Source: a virus
Reading direction: 5' to 3' (one strand)
Length of the DNA: 64,000 nt
IMG/VR virus record: IMGVR_UViG_3300032516_000005
The notes below the pieces were generated by a model. That model ran no database searches, had not been told where the DNA came from, and saw nothing but the letters and a program-made list of their open reading frames with translations. Position 1 is the stretch's first letter; every line of letters begins with the position of its first letter. Shown one piece after another: positions 36,925-46,055 of this stretch. The position numbers were made by a program, and so were the translations under genes.

Positions 36925-37542
36925 CTACAGCCGCGCGCGGATCGCCGCGATCATCTCGGCAGCAACGGCCAGATTCCACGGTGAGCGTTGCCAGCCGCTG
37001 ATGTGCTCAAACGCCACGTTCTGCTCGGGCTTGTAGATCACGTAGCAACCGCCCGCAATCTCGCCCGAGCACAGCGATCCAGGTGTGCCGAAGTCAGGTG
37101 CTACCTTGGCCGTCAAGACCTGGTCGACGACGATGTTCTTCGCCGGCCGGTTCGCTTGGCCGAATGCCGAGTCAACCAAGACGCCGTTCGCGACGCCGAT
37201 TAGGTGATACGGGAAGTCGTCACCGTCGGAACCTGCGATCGCTCCGAGCGACCACGCACCGTCGGCGAGCCACATTTGCATCTCAGCATCATTCGTCGGG
37301 CAGCTCCCCTTGGCAGACATGCGCTGAATCCAGCGCGCGTTGTAGACCTCGAACGAGACGACCTGCGCCCGCGCCGGCACGCCGAAGTGCTTCATCGTCT
37401 CGACGAACACGCGCGTGCCGTTGATGCAGCAGTTTGGCACGAACTGCTTGAGCAAGATCGGTCCCGCCAGCTCGCCGTAGAGCGTGACGACCCGTTCCCG
37501 GTTTCCCGTGCGCTCGCGCTTGAGTCGTGCTTGCTTGCCCAT
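36925..37542 (-). CDS. hypothetical protein
   Basis: Long ORF, MGKQARLKR start. Confidence 0.7.
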   Translation of the reverse strand: MGKQARLKRERTGNRERVVTLYGELAGPILLKQFVPNCCINGTRVFVETMKHFGVPARAQVVSFEVYNARWIQRMSAKGSCPTNDAEMQMWLADGAWSLGAIAGSDGDDFPYHLIGVANGVLVDSAFGQANRPAKNIVVDQVLTAKVAPDFGTPGSLCSGEIAGGCYVIYKPEQNVAFEHISGWQRSPWNLAVAAEMIAAIRARL

Positions 37543-37970
37543 GTGCTCTCTCGTGGTGACGTCGTGTGGTGCATAGATCTGACGGAAAAAGTGAACCACT
37601 AGCTCTGCGGCAGGTCGCCGTGGTTCTGAACGGTTGCCTCTCTGCCCACCCGCTGTGTCGACCAGCCGCGATGGGATCTGCCTGGCTTAGCGTCCCGCTG
37701 CGAATCGTTCAGGTCTTCGGTCCGAACTTCGCCTTGAGGTAGTTGAAGTGCTCGACCCGCTCGACGGTCGCGAGGATCTTGTCGGCTTGCAGCTGCTCTT
37801 GTACAGCCTGCTCACGCTGCGGTGTGTGCGTGCCTCGTCTGCCTCGTCGAGTCATGTTGCCTCCGTGCATGGTGGTGCCTCGATATCGCACGATGCTCTT
37901 GCTTTGTCAAGTTCCAGCGAGATCGCGCCTGAGTAGACCTGCACGCCGGTCGGTCTGAGTCGGTTGATGT

Positions 37971-38447
37971 TCACGACATCACGCCGATCGCGCGAAGGAC
38001 AACCGACTGGCCTGAGCGCATGAGCCAGCCAGCGACCGCTTCGCGCGCCTGGCGATCGAGGTCGGTGATCTTGACGTCGATCTCGAACTCGTCGGGGTCG
38101 ACACCGCACGCCTCGCCAACGGCCTTGGCGAAGATCAACTTCCAGCGCTCGCCGTGATGCTCGCTGTTGGGTGCCGCGAGGTGCGCTAGCTCATGTAGCG
38201 CCGTCGCGAGATCGAACGCCAGGTCGCCGGTCACGTAGACGTTCGCGCGGCCTTGGTAGCACCAGGCGACGCCGACGCGTTGCGTACCCTTGTAGGGCTT
38301 GACGGTGACCCGCATCGGGATCGGCGCGCCCCACGCGGCCAGGGACCGCCACGTGTCGGCCCAGTGCGTGACGACATCGTCGAGCTTCACTTGAGCGATC
38401 CCAATCGTTTGATCGTCGCGCTGTGGATACGTTTCCGCTCGGTCCAC
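37971..38447 (-). CDS. SprT-like zinc metalloprotease
   Basis: LHELAH...HHGERWK. Confidence 0.75.
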   Translation of the reverse strand: MDRAETYPQRDDQTIGIAQVKLDDVVTHWADTWRSLAAWGAPIPMRVTVKPYKGTQRVGVAWCYQGRANVYVTGDLAFDLATALHELAHLAAPNSEHHGERWKLIFAKAVGEACGVDPDEFEIDVKITDLDRQAREAVAGWLMRSGQSVVLRAIGVMS

Positions 38448-38659
38448 ACGCCACCGATCTCATCGCACGCCTTGTGATCCTTGGCCTTGTGCGCGGTCCG
38501 GTAGGTGCCGACAAGCGGAACCAGCATCACTGCCACCCATGCTTCCAGCGCTAAATCATCATTCTCGAATTTCTTGCAGAGATCACATCGTTCGATGGTG
38601 TCTTCCGTGGTTTCGAGCCAGCCGGAACCACCACACCCGTCGTCGCATTCTGCGTTCAC
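38387..38659 (-). CDS. CxxC hypothetical protein
   Basis: CDDGCGGSG...CDLC. Confidence 0.55.
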   Translation of the reverse strand: MNAECDDGCGGSGWLETTEDTIERCDLCKKFENDDLALEAWVAVMLVPLVGTYRTAHKAKDHKACDEIGGVWTERKRIHSATIKRLGSLK

Positions 38660-39429
38660 TTCAGGCTCCCTTGCCCGGCCTTGAGCCCGCCCCTGGCGTT
38701 GCCACCGAGACGCACACGACCGCCGGCAGCCTGGCCTGCGTTGTAGCCGGAGCCCGAGGACACCTGGCCGACCCGCGCGCTACCGCCCCACGAGCGACTG
38801 AAGTTGGCGTACGACTGCTCGACCTCAGCGCGGTCCTTCTCGATGATCGCGATGACACCCGCGCTCGGGGGCGGGGGCGCATCGGCGGCCGGCGCCGCCT
38901 TGTGGTCGGCGTGCGCATGCTCCGTGTTCTTCGGGGCGCGCTTGGCTGCCGTCTGCTCGTCAAGCCGTTCCGCGACACGCGACGCGCAACCGAGCCGGAA
39001 CGCGTTGCGGTATGCCCGTGAGTGCCGGGGCGACGGTGCCTCGGCGTCGGTGATCGTCTCGATCTCCGACATCAGGTACTGCGCGGTGTAGCTTGCGGCC
39101 TGGACCGCCGACAAGCGTCCGAACAGCTGGATGCGTCCGCGGGTCCAGTACGCCCGCGCACCATAAGTGCGGGCCACGCCGTTGATGACGCGCATATGCC
39201 ACGCGACCTTCTTCTTGGTGTCGGTCACCTGGAAGCGCTTGTCGATTGCCTCCGCGATGCGCGGCGCCTGTGCATCGAGCGCGAGCGCGGCCTCATGGAT
39301 CTCATGTTGTGTCATCAACTCCGACGCGCGCTGCGCAGCGAGGGCCGCCTCGTGCTCCGAACCCGCGTTCTTCGCGAGGCGCAGCAGCTTCTGGATCCGG
39401 TCGATGATGCTGTCGATGTTCTTGGTCAC
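38656..39429 (-). CDS. DUF2786 domain protein
   Basis: IIDRIQKLLRLA...EHEAALA...LM; AFRLG; AAGGAG SD. Confidence 0.9.
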   Translation of the reverse strand: MTKNIDSIIDRIQKLLRLAKNAGSEHEAALAAQRASELMTQHEIHEAALALDAQAPRIAEAIDKRFQVTDTKKKVAWHMRVINGVARTYGARAYWTRGRIQLFGRLSAVQAASYTAQYLMSEIETITDAEAPSPRHSRAYRNAFRLGCASRVAERLDEQTAAKRAPKNTEHAHADHKAAPAADAPPPPSAGVIAIIEKDRAEVEQSYANFSRSWGGSARVGQVSSGSGYNAGQAAGGRVRLGGNARGGLKAGQGSLK

Positions 39430-39479
39430 GTGCGGCTCCTTGTTTCGTTCGCCCTACAGACGTCATACTGAGGCCAGCT

Positions 39480-39496
39480 ATTCAACAAAGCAAGAG
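39480..39496 (-). promoter_or_regulatory. early-type upstream element CTCTTGCTTTGTTGAAT
   Basis: Upstream of the DUF2786 gene. Confidence 0.75.
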
Positions 39497-39639
39497 CAAG
39501 TTGCGTAAGTAACACATTTTCGACGAAGATTTAGCTGGGGCAGGCGCCGATCCCCCTAGCCTTCAGAGGCCTGACGCTCCCGAAATTGCGAACCGGCTGT
39601 CAGATCCGGATGCCTCGTGTCGTCTTCGAGACAGCAGCC

Positions 39640-39930
39640 ATGAAGACTCCACGAATCGTACGAGACATGATCCCGCACCTGTCGACGGCTGAACGTGTGC
39701 TCGTTCGCGCCTTCCTGGTCCTTGCCTGGGACGAGATCTTTGCGTTGCCGGATACGCGCGAGACGCGCAGCGCCCTCGACAGGGTCGAAGACCTGATGGC
39801 GGCGCTCGATCCAGAAGTGACCGAGGGCGTGCTTGACATCGACCTGTCTAAGTTGACCATCCTCGTCGAAGAACTCGCCTCCGACGAGGCCGCTCTACAG
39901 TTGTCACTGCAGAAAGGGTTGCCATCGTGA
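39640..39930 (+). CDS. hypothetical protein
   Basis: ORF coupled to the next gene; start uncertain. Confidence 0.6.
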   Translation: MKTPRIVRDMIPHLSTAERVLVRAFLVLAWDEIFALPDTRETRSALDRVEDLMAALDPEVTEGVLDIDLSKLTILVEELASDEAALQLSLQKGLPS

Positions 39931-40328
39931 CCAACTTCGAGCAGCTGCTTCGGGACCTGACCGACCCAGTGCAAAGCGCACTGGACACCGCCGAGGCCCT
40001 CAAGGTCTACGAGTGGTGCATCAACGGCTATCGGGGCGTCGGCACCGTCGACGATCTTGCCGTACTCGTCCATCCGGCAGCCGCGACGTGCTGGATGCGT
40101 GACGTTGGCTGGCGCGATCTACCGGGCGAGTACGATACGGTCGGCACGCTGTTCACGCATCCGAGCTACGACCCAGAGACGTGCGAACGTGGTGAGGCGA
40201 CGATGCACCTGGGTGGGCCGCGCGGCTATCCCGCGTTGACGCTGTTTTTCCTGACGGAGCCCCAACCCCGTTGGGAAGTCCAGCCACGTCCACTCAATTG
40301 GCCGAGTCCTACGGGATCGTGTCGCTAA
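39927..40328 (+). CDS. hypothetical protein
   Basis: GTGA coupling. Confidence 0.6.
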   Translation: MTNFEQLLRDLTDPVQSALDTAEALKVYEWCINGYRGVGTVDDLAVLVHPAAATCWMRDVGWRDLPGEYDTVGTLFTHPSYDPETCERGEATMHLGGPRGYPALTLFFLTEPQPRWEVQPRPLNWPSPTGSCR

Positions 40329-40382
40329 CTGTCAGATCGAGGCACGCGGCGACGTCACTGAAACAGAAGGGAAACGAGAAAC

Positions 40383-40814
40383 ATGATCAAGCACGCAGAG
40401 AGTCACTTCGACCACGGCCTGACGGCCGCACAAGTCGACCACGTCATGCAGCGTTTCGCAGACCGCGCGGCGTTCTTCATCGAGACGATCGAGTTGCCCG
40501 AGGCACTCGGCACCGTCCCGTGCGGGTTGCATGGGCCACTTGTTGGCAACGCGTCGATCGACGAGACCGACGTCACGTACGCCAAGCGCGGTACGCGCGC
40601 ATGGGACTCGCGTCTGGTCGATCGGCCGGCGCAGCAGGTCCGAACGGTGACCGTCATCGCCGGTCCTCACGAAGAGGAGTCCTGCATCGTCTTTACGATG
40701 TACGGCGGGCCGTGCGCGCCGCAGGAACCGGGCGATCCGGGCTGCAAGGACGTGCCAGTGAGCCGCACGTTCTGGTCCGAGCACGCGCTGTCGTCGCGCG
40801 AACAAGGGAAGTGA
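40383..40814 (+). CDS. hypothetical phage protein
   Basis: Purine-rich leader; GP..P.EPGDP...FW..HAL. Confidence 0.75.
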   Translation: MIKHAESHFDHGLTAAQVDHVMQRFADRAAFFIETIELPEALGTVPCGLHGPLVGNASIDETDVTYAKRGTRAWDSRLVDRPAQQVRTVTVIAGPHEEESCIVFTMYGGPCAPQEPGDPGCKDVPVSRTFWSEHALSSREQGK

Positions 40815-40855
40815 GGAGCTGTATGCCTGGTAGAAGAGTCTGAACTCGCTGCGCC

Positions 40856-41230
40856 TCAGCGCGCAGCAAACCGTCGCAGAACGTTGAGCTGCGGCGGCAC
40901 GATGTCCCACTGGGACACGACCTCGCGCGGCACCCATGCGTAGTCCGCGCTCTCGCGCGTGTCGAGCTTCAGGCGCCCGCCCCAACGCTTGGCGTAGAAG
41001 ACGTCGACGAAACCGTGCGCCATGCGAACGCGTACAATAGGCGCCAGCGCCTCGACGTGCAGACCCGTTTCTTCGCGCGTCTCACGCACGGCTGCTTGCA
41101 CGGGCGTCTCACCGGACTCGATCAAGCCGCCTGGCAGGTTCCAGCGGCACGGCATCCACGGCGCCGTCGGACCGCGTTGCAGGAGCAGATACTCGCCGTC
41201 ACGCTCGATGATGACTGACGCGCTGTGCAT
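40856..41230 (-). CDS. NUDIX hydrolase
   Basis: Nudix box GGLIESGETPVQAAVRETREETGL. Confidence 0.92.
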   Translation of the reverse strand: MHSASVIIERDGEYLLLQRGPTAPWMPCRWNLPGGLIESGETPVQAAVRETREETGLHVEALAPIVRVRMAHGFVDVFYAKRWGGRLKLDTRESADYAWVPREVVSQWDIVPPQLNVLRRFAAR

Positions 41231-41234
41231 GGAA

Positions 41235-41498
41235 TCAGCGATAGAACCTGCGATCGATCGGGAGCGCGCGCGCGAACTTCGCCGTCGGACACTTCGCCTT
41301 GAGCTTGGCTTTGGCTGCCGCGCGCGACGGCGCGCGTAGGTGACCCCAGCTGTCGCCGTTGTCGTAGGCGTACAGCGGCGCGCCTTGACCAAAGTAGCGG
41401 CCGTCGGCGTAGCCTCCCTGGTCGAGGTAAACGCGCGTGAGCGAGATCTTGGCCGGCGAACAAACGAACCGTTCCATGCCCAGCTGGCGGCGCTTCAT
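41235..41498 (-). CDS. small basic protein with MKRRQLG leader
   Basis: TAGGCT 6 nt before ATG; palindrome at 41531. Confidence 0.75.
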   Translation of the reverse strand: MKRRQLGMERFVCSPAKISLTRVYLDQGGYADGRYFGQGAPLYAYDNGDSWGHLRAPSRAAAKAKLKAKCPTAKFARALPIDRRFYR

Positions 41499-41530
41499 AG
41501 TTCGAGCCTATCACAACAGGCTCTGACTTC

Positions 41531-41546
41531 GATCGCGTCCGCGATC
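41531..41546. promoter_or_regulatory. GATC-N8-GATC palindrome
   Basis: GATCGCGTCCGCGATC upstream of 41498(-). Confidence 0.8.
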
Positions 41547-41805
41547 AGCGCTTCTGTTTCCGGCGGCGACGACGTGCCGCGAGGCCCGACTTGCAGGCTG
41601 GCCGCTTCCGTAGCCAGTCGGCTACTGCCGTGGCCGTGCCGTACGCATCGGCTTTGTCAGACGTGAAGCTGCCGCCGTCCTTGCCGCCCTGGACCTTGCC
41701 GTTGACGATCGCTTTGACGACGTACTCGTCGTACTCATGGTTGCGGTAGATGCGCACGGCACACTTCGTACCGATAGGTGTCTCGTGGATTTTCTTGAGC
41801 GCCAT
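41545..41805 (-). CDS. small protein with Arg tail
   Basis: Ends SGLAARRRRRKQKR. Confidence 0.75.
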   Translation of the reverse strand: MALKKIHETPIGTKCAVRIYRNHEYDEYVVKAIVNGKVQGGKDGGSFTSDKADAYGTATAVADWLRKRPACKSGLAARRRRRKQKR

Positions 41806-41808
41806 GGT

Positions 41809-42141
41809 TCAGCCTTTCTTGATGCGATCGCGTACACACGCGACGCGGAAGTGTTTGGCGGCTTCGTCCAGCTCGCGGGCTTCAAGCGAGTCACGGAAGG
41901 CCCCCTGAGCGAGATACGGCATCGACGCGTCGTAGTGAACCGCAGCTTGGCCCTCGAAGTACGTCGCACGACGAAGTTCGGTGTCAGCCCGCGCGCAGTT
42001 CCCCGTGGTAAGCGCGGCGGCTATCCCCTTGGTGGCTGAACGGACTGCATTGCGTGCGACGACCAGTGAACGTGCATGCGTATCCTCGGCACTGCCAAAA
42101 TGGGCGTGACGCCCTCGACGGATGCGGCGGGTACGGGCCAT
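41809..42141 (-). CDS. small protein with Arg-rich leader ending HFG
   Basis: Leaderless-type start from palindrome 42158. Confidence 0.75.
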   Translation of the reverse strand: MARTRRIRRGRHAHFGSAEDTHARSLVVARNAVRSATKGIAAALTTGNCARADTELRRATYFEGQAAVHYDASMPYLAQGAFRDSLEARELDEAAKHFRVACVRDRIKKG

Positions 42142-42157
42142 GTCGCCAGACTATCAC

Positions 42158-42173
42158 GATCGCGCACGCGATC
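42158..42173. promoter_or_regulatory. GATC-N8-GATC palindrome, bidirectional
   Basis: GATCGCGCACGCGATC flanked by TAGTAT(+) and TAGTCT(-). Confidence 0.88.
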
Positions 42174-42189
42174 AGGTAGTATCAGGGCC

Positions 42190-42462
42190 ATGACACAACC
42201 CAGAATGTCGAAGAAGAAGCGCGAGTACCTGGACTACTTGCGCACGCAGATCATCCCCGACACCAGGGCCACGGGTCGAATGGCCACCGCACAGGATCTG
42301 CAGAAGTGCGCGCGGCTGATCAAGGCCGGCAAGACCGACGCGAAGTTCGTGCGGTTTCTTCGCGAGACACTGATCCCCGACTTCCGCGCGAGCGGCAGCG
42401 ACGGCTACGTCGACGACTTTCAGCAGTGCGCGCGGTACATCACGCCCAAGCGTCGACGCTAA
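42190..42462 (+). CDS. small basic protein with internal duplication
   Basis: LRTQIIPD..ATG..DLQKCARLI / LRETLIPD..ASG..DFQQCARYI. Confidence 0.75.
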   Translation: MTQPRMSKKKREYLDYLRTQIIPDTRATGRMATAQDLQKCARLIKAGKTDAKFVRFLRETLIPDFRASGSDGYVDDFQQCARYITPKRRR

Positions 42463-42493
42463 GAAATGACCGCGTCTTCGTCAGGAACACTAG

Positions 42494-42973
42494 ATGATCA
42501 TCGCATTCTACGAAGAGCCGTCGCCGCTCGACTACCCTGATCGTGGACCTGTTCAACGCTTCGGACTGTTCTCGCCCGAGCTGCCGTCGTTCGATCCGAA
42601 GGACACCTACTTTGCCGTCACCGAGCGCGTGCACCGCTACGGCAAGACCGGCAAGCTGCTCAAGAAGCCGCGCATCGAGGTCTTGCCTGGCGCGCGGCCA
42701 GGCACGCTCGCGTGGCTCGACTGGCACATGATCGGGCCACGGGTCCTCTACATCGACTTCATGACCGTGCGCAGCGACTGGCGCGGCATGGGCGCAGGTC
42801 GTCGGCTCGTCGAGGAGTTCTACCGGCTCGTCGAGGAGTTCTACCAGTACGTCGTCGTGCCGCGCGCCGATACGATCGACTGGGGCAAGATCGTGAGCGA
42901 CCGCGCGGAGCATCTCTATCGGTACATGACGAAGCGCTACTCCGGCATCCGGCACTACGGAAAGATCCGATGA
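42494..42973 (+). CDS. GNAT-like acetyltransferase
   Basis: YIDFMTVRSDWRGMGAGRRLV acetyl-CoA motif A. Confidence 0.75.
   Translation: MIIAFYEEPSPLDYPDRGPVQRFGLFSPELPSFDPKDTYFAVTERVHRYGKTGKLLKKPRIEVLPGARPGTLAWLDWHMIGPRVLYIDFMTVRSDWRGMGAGRRLVEEFYRLVEEFYQYVVVPRADTIDWGKIVSDRAEHLYRYMTKRYSGIRHYGKIR
42803..42844 (+). repeat. 21-bp perfect tandem duplication (RLVEEFY x2) in the GNAT gene
   Basis: CGGCTCGTCGAGGAGTTCTAC x2. Confidence 0.9.
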
Positions 42974-43770
42974 TGGCACAAACCCGTTATCGCCAACAGC
43001 TCTACAGCGGCACGGTCTATCGGGGCACGCAGCACCACGCGATCACGGGCGTACGCAAGGCGTTGTCGTTCGCGTACTCACTGCCCGTGGCGATCATCTG
43101 GTCGTCACGGCCAGGTGACGTTTGGGGACGGACCAAGCCAACGTTCCTGTCGACGTCGACGGTCCACATTGCACAGATCAACGTGCGTAACCCGTTCGTC
43201 TGGGATCAGAACCACATGACACTGGGCGACGTCTTACGCGACCTGGGATACGGCAAACGCAATGGCATCACCGAAGACGAAGTGACGAAGATCTACAACT
43301 ACATGCACAAGCGGATCCTCGGCCAGGCGCAAGGCGGTGATTTCGGGTACAAGCTCGTCGACGAAGAGGGCGACGAACGCGACGAGGATGAAGTCCCGTT
43401 GAGCTTCCGCAACCCCGAGTCGATGATCTCGATGGCGCGTGAAGACTGGGTCTACGCGCCGACGCTCGACACGGCAGATCTCCTGAGCGCTGACACGTTC
43501 ATCTTCGCCGATGCGCCGGCCGTGCAGCGCGCAGTGCTCGCTCGGGGCTTCGACGTGCTGGTCTACGTCGACATTTTCCAGGGCGGCGAAGATGCTGCCA
43601 AGGAACTGCTCGACTGTCCCATCAGAGACCTCGACGGTATCGACGAGGACATGGATCTCAAGGGTGCGTGGCAGACCGTGCACGACACCGTACGGATTCT
43701 GGATCCCGCGGTCATCGTCGAGATGTCGGCCGTGCCGACGGCGAGCTTGCTCGACCGGCGTTACTGCTAG
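42970..43770 (+). CDS. ADP-ribosyltransferase-like protein
   Basis: VYRG...SF..S..VA...INVRNPF...GFD.L pattern. Confidence 0.5.
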   Translation: MMAQTRYRQQLYSGTVYRGTQHHAITGVRKALSFAYSLPVAIIWSSRPGDVWGRTKPTFLSTSTVHIAQINVRNPFVWDQNHMTLGDVLRDLGYGKRNGITEDEVTKIYNYMHKRILGQAQGGDFGYKLVDEEGDERDEDEVPLSFRNPESMISMAREDWVYAPTLDTADLLSADTFIFADAPAVQRAVLARGFDVLVYVDIFQGGEDAAKELLDCPIRDLDGIDEDMDLKGAWQTVHDTVRILDPAVIVEMSAVPTASLLDRRYC

Positions 43771-43840
43771 CGGCGGCCGCGGATCGTCTACGGTGCCGTA
43801 GAAGGCCAAGGTGCCTTGACAGCTCAGGATCTGGGCCTTA

Positions 43841-43874
43841 CCTGGAAAACACCATGGCCTGGAAAACACCATGG
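43841..43874 (+). repeat. 17-bp tandem duplication spanning a start codon
   Basis: CCTGGAAAACACCATGG x2. Confidence 0.9.
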
Positions 43875-44263
43875 CCGAACCTGCAGCTGCGTCTGACAAA
43901 GGTCCGTACACCTCGACTGAGGTCAAGACCGTCAGGATCGCCGAGCCGATCGAGTTGAGCTTCACGACGAAGCAAGACGCCAGTCATCCACCGTCGTGGC
44001 CGATGTCGCCCAAGGCGCCCATACCGCCGGCCGGCAAAGACTCCTACACGTGCACTGAAGTCAAGACGCTCAAGATCGCCGGTCCGATCGAGCTGACGTT
44101 GACGACGACGTTCAACTCCAGTCATGTGCCGCCACCTCCAGTGGCGCGCGACGATGAAGAGAGCAGCAGCCTCATGGACGTGCTGCAACCAATCGCGCAG
44201 ATGATCATCGCCAGGCTCGACGAAATTCGCCGCGCCCAGCGGGAGCCGCAAGACCCGTCGTGA
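43871..44263 (+). CDS. hypothetical protein with two-copy internal repeat
   Basis: YTSTEVKTVRIAEPIELSFTT / YTCTEVKTLKIAGPIELTLTT. Confidence 0.7.
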   Translation: MAEPAAASDKGPYTSTEVKTVRIAEPIELSFTTKQDASHPPSWPMSPKAPIPPAGKDSYTCTEVKTLKIAGPIELTLTTTFNSSHVPPPPVARDDEESSSLMDVLQPIAQMIIARLDEIRRAQREPQDPS

Positions 44264-44276
44264 GCGATTCGAACGT

Positions 44277-44684
44277 CTAACGTCGCCGACGGCGACCGAG
44301 GCCACCGCGCGTCGCTGCGCGCTTGGCTGCACCCTGCGCCTGCGCCGCCGTCCCGTAGCCCTGGAACTTGCCTACGGTCTCGACGCCGCAGCGCTCTGGA
44401 TCGTAGTGCCGCACGGAGTAACCGCGCCGACCGTCAGGACCCTTCTCGCTGGTCGTGAAGTACGCGCCGCCACGACCGTCGTGGTACGCGGTCTCACCGA
44501 CGCGCGAGCTGAAGAACCGCATCGTCTCGGGCTCGAAGAAGTGGCTGTGGCAGATCCTCGCGCACTCTTTCACGTCGTCGATGAACGTGCGTGTGCCAGC
44601 CGTACTCGCGGCCGTCCCAGCGCCGCCTGTAATCTTGCAGCTCTTACCTTTGCCGGTAACTTCAGTGCCTCGAAAGCGTGCCAT
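44277..44684 (-). CDS. phage protein with GLGRRRRR tail
   Basis: HFF...TMRFF.SR...YF.TSE; leaderless-type start from palindrome 44701. Confidence 0.8.
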   Translation of the reverse strand: MARFRGTEVTGKGKSCKITGGAGTAASTAGTRTFIDDVKECARICHSHFFEPETMRFFSSRVGETAYHDGRGGAYFTTSEKGPDGRRGYSVRHYDPERCGVETVGKFQGYGTAAQAQGAAKRAATRGGLGRRRRR

Positions 44685-44700
44685 GCCCGTAGCCTACCAC

Positions 44701-44716
44701 GATCGCGCGCGCGATC
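44701..44716. promoter_or_regulatory. GATC-N8-GATC palindrome
   Basis: Perfect palindrome-4nt-TAGGCT-6nt-ATG(-). Confidence 0.85.
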
Positions 44717-44720
44717 GTGA

Positions 44721-44987
44721 TCAACGCAGCACCCCGCGACGCTCCATAATCTCCTGGCACTCCTCGCACCACTCGGGCCACGACATCGACTGCCGGGCTA
44801 ACTCGCGGCTCGCGTGGCAAACGATCGCGCCATGATCTTCGCAGACCGTGCACCAGGGCGTTTCAGGATCGCTTTCCATCCCAGCTTCGTCCGCACGGTA
44901 GAGTGTGATGATCGCTCCGCTGGCACGGTTGCGGCGGCACTCCACGGCGCCTGCGTTGTTCACTAGAATCTGGCGGCAAGGGTTCAT
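44721..44987 (-). CDS. Cys-containing hypothetical protein
   Basis: TGATG coupling; VCEDHG, WCEEC. Confidence 0.7.
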   Translation of the reverse strand: MNPCRQILVNNAGAVECRRNRASGAIITLYRADEAGMESDPETPWCTVCEDHGAIVCHASRELARQSMSWPEWCEECQEIMERRGVLR

Positions 44988-45286
44988 CAGCGCCTCGCCC
45001 TCGTGCCCGGAGGCGGCTGTGCCGTCGAGTGACCTGGCCCCGCCCACAGGTACTCGCACGCCCAGTAGCGCGGCGTGAGCTTGTTGCTAGCTCGTCGAGT
45101 GCCACAGAAATGCCGCGCCCGGAACGATCGGCGCGCCTTGGCGCTGTAGTTGTGCCCGTAGCCCTTCGCGCCGAAATGCACGAGCTTCTCGTGCCCTCGC
45201 ACGCACGCACGCACCATGAACTTCTTGCCGGGACGTGTGCTCGGGACGGGACGGTTGCAGACGAGCTTGCGCTTGCGTTTCGCCAC
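44987..45286 (-). CDS. DUF5754-like basic protein
   Basis: STRPGKK..V...KLVHFGAKGY...FRARH...RYWA...LW. Confidence 0.75.
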   Translation of the reverse strand: MAKRKRKLVCNRPVPSTRPGKKFMVRACVRGHEKLVHFGAKGYGHNYSAKARRSFRARHFCGTRRASNKLTPRYWACEYLWAGPGHSTAQPPPGTRARR

Positions 45287-45333
45287 GCGCTCGATGATAC
45301 GCGATCACGCAAGTCACGGGCGACGGACGAGGT

Positions 45334-45873
45334 TCATGGACAGCGCCAGCGTACAGGCACGGCGTCGTTGCGGGTGTAGCACGTGTGTTTCGGTGTGCCG
45401 TTCTTGTTGACGGCTACGCAGTACGCTTCGACATCGCCAAGCAGCCGCGCGACCACGGCTTGGCGCACGTGCTCGATGTGTCTGCCCCATGCGACGAGAA
45501 CACGGCCGCCTTGCTGGCGCACGAGGTCGACGGCAGCCAGGATCGCAGCGTCATTGTCAGGTCCGACGATGTCGATCCCGTGATCACGCGCTTCAAACAT
45601 TGCAGCCGGCTTCGTCGCGCGGAAGCCGTAGGCGTTGGCCTTGATGAACCGCGCGTAGCCCCAGGCGATCGTGTAGAACGACTCCTTGTGGACGGTCGGG
45701 TCGTCGTCATCCCCGGTCGCCGTGCTGGGATTCAAGCCAATCGACACAAGCACGCCGCCGCCGCGGCGTGGCGTACATGCTGCGGTCAGGTCGCGCGTCA
45801 GTTCATAGCGCCACGTGCCACAGGGTGAGAACCGCGCCGTGCCTGGCCCGAGCGGCTTGAGGCTACGCGCCAT
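45334..45873 (-). CDS. DUF1643 domain protein
   Basis: FSPCG.WRY.L.R, GLNPSTA...DDPT, AWG, G.PKH. Confidence 0.9.
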   Translation of the reverse strand: MARSLKPLGPGTARFSPCGTWRYELTRDLTAACTPRRGGGVLVSIGLNPSTATGDDDDPTVHKESFYTIAWGYARFIKANAYGFRATKPAAMFEARDHGIDIVGPDNDAAILAAVDLVRQQGGRVLVAWGRHIEHVRQAVVARLLGDVEAYCVAVNKNGTPKHTCYTRNDAVPVRWRCP

Positions 45874-46048
45874 TGAGCTGCTTGTGCAGGCAGGTGTTGC
45901 AGAGCGCGACCGGTGACGCTTTCAGTTCTGCAAACTGCGGGTGACGTTCGTCGACCAGGACTTCTCTCGTGCAGGTCTTGCGATGGCACGGGAACGCAAT
46001 CTCCCGTGTCACCGTGCCGTCGCCGTTGGGCCACTGAGTCTCGCGCAC
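45863..46048 (-). CDS. small Cys-containing protein
   Basis: CHRKTC/CNTC. Confidence 0.5.
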   Translation of the reverse strand: MRETQWPNGDGTVTREIAFPCHRKTCTREVLVDERHPQFAELKASPVALCNTCLHKQLNGA

Positions 46049-46055
46049 GCGCGTG

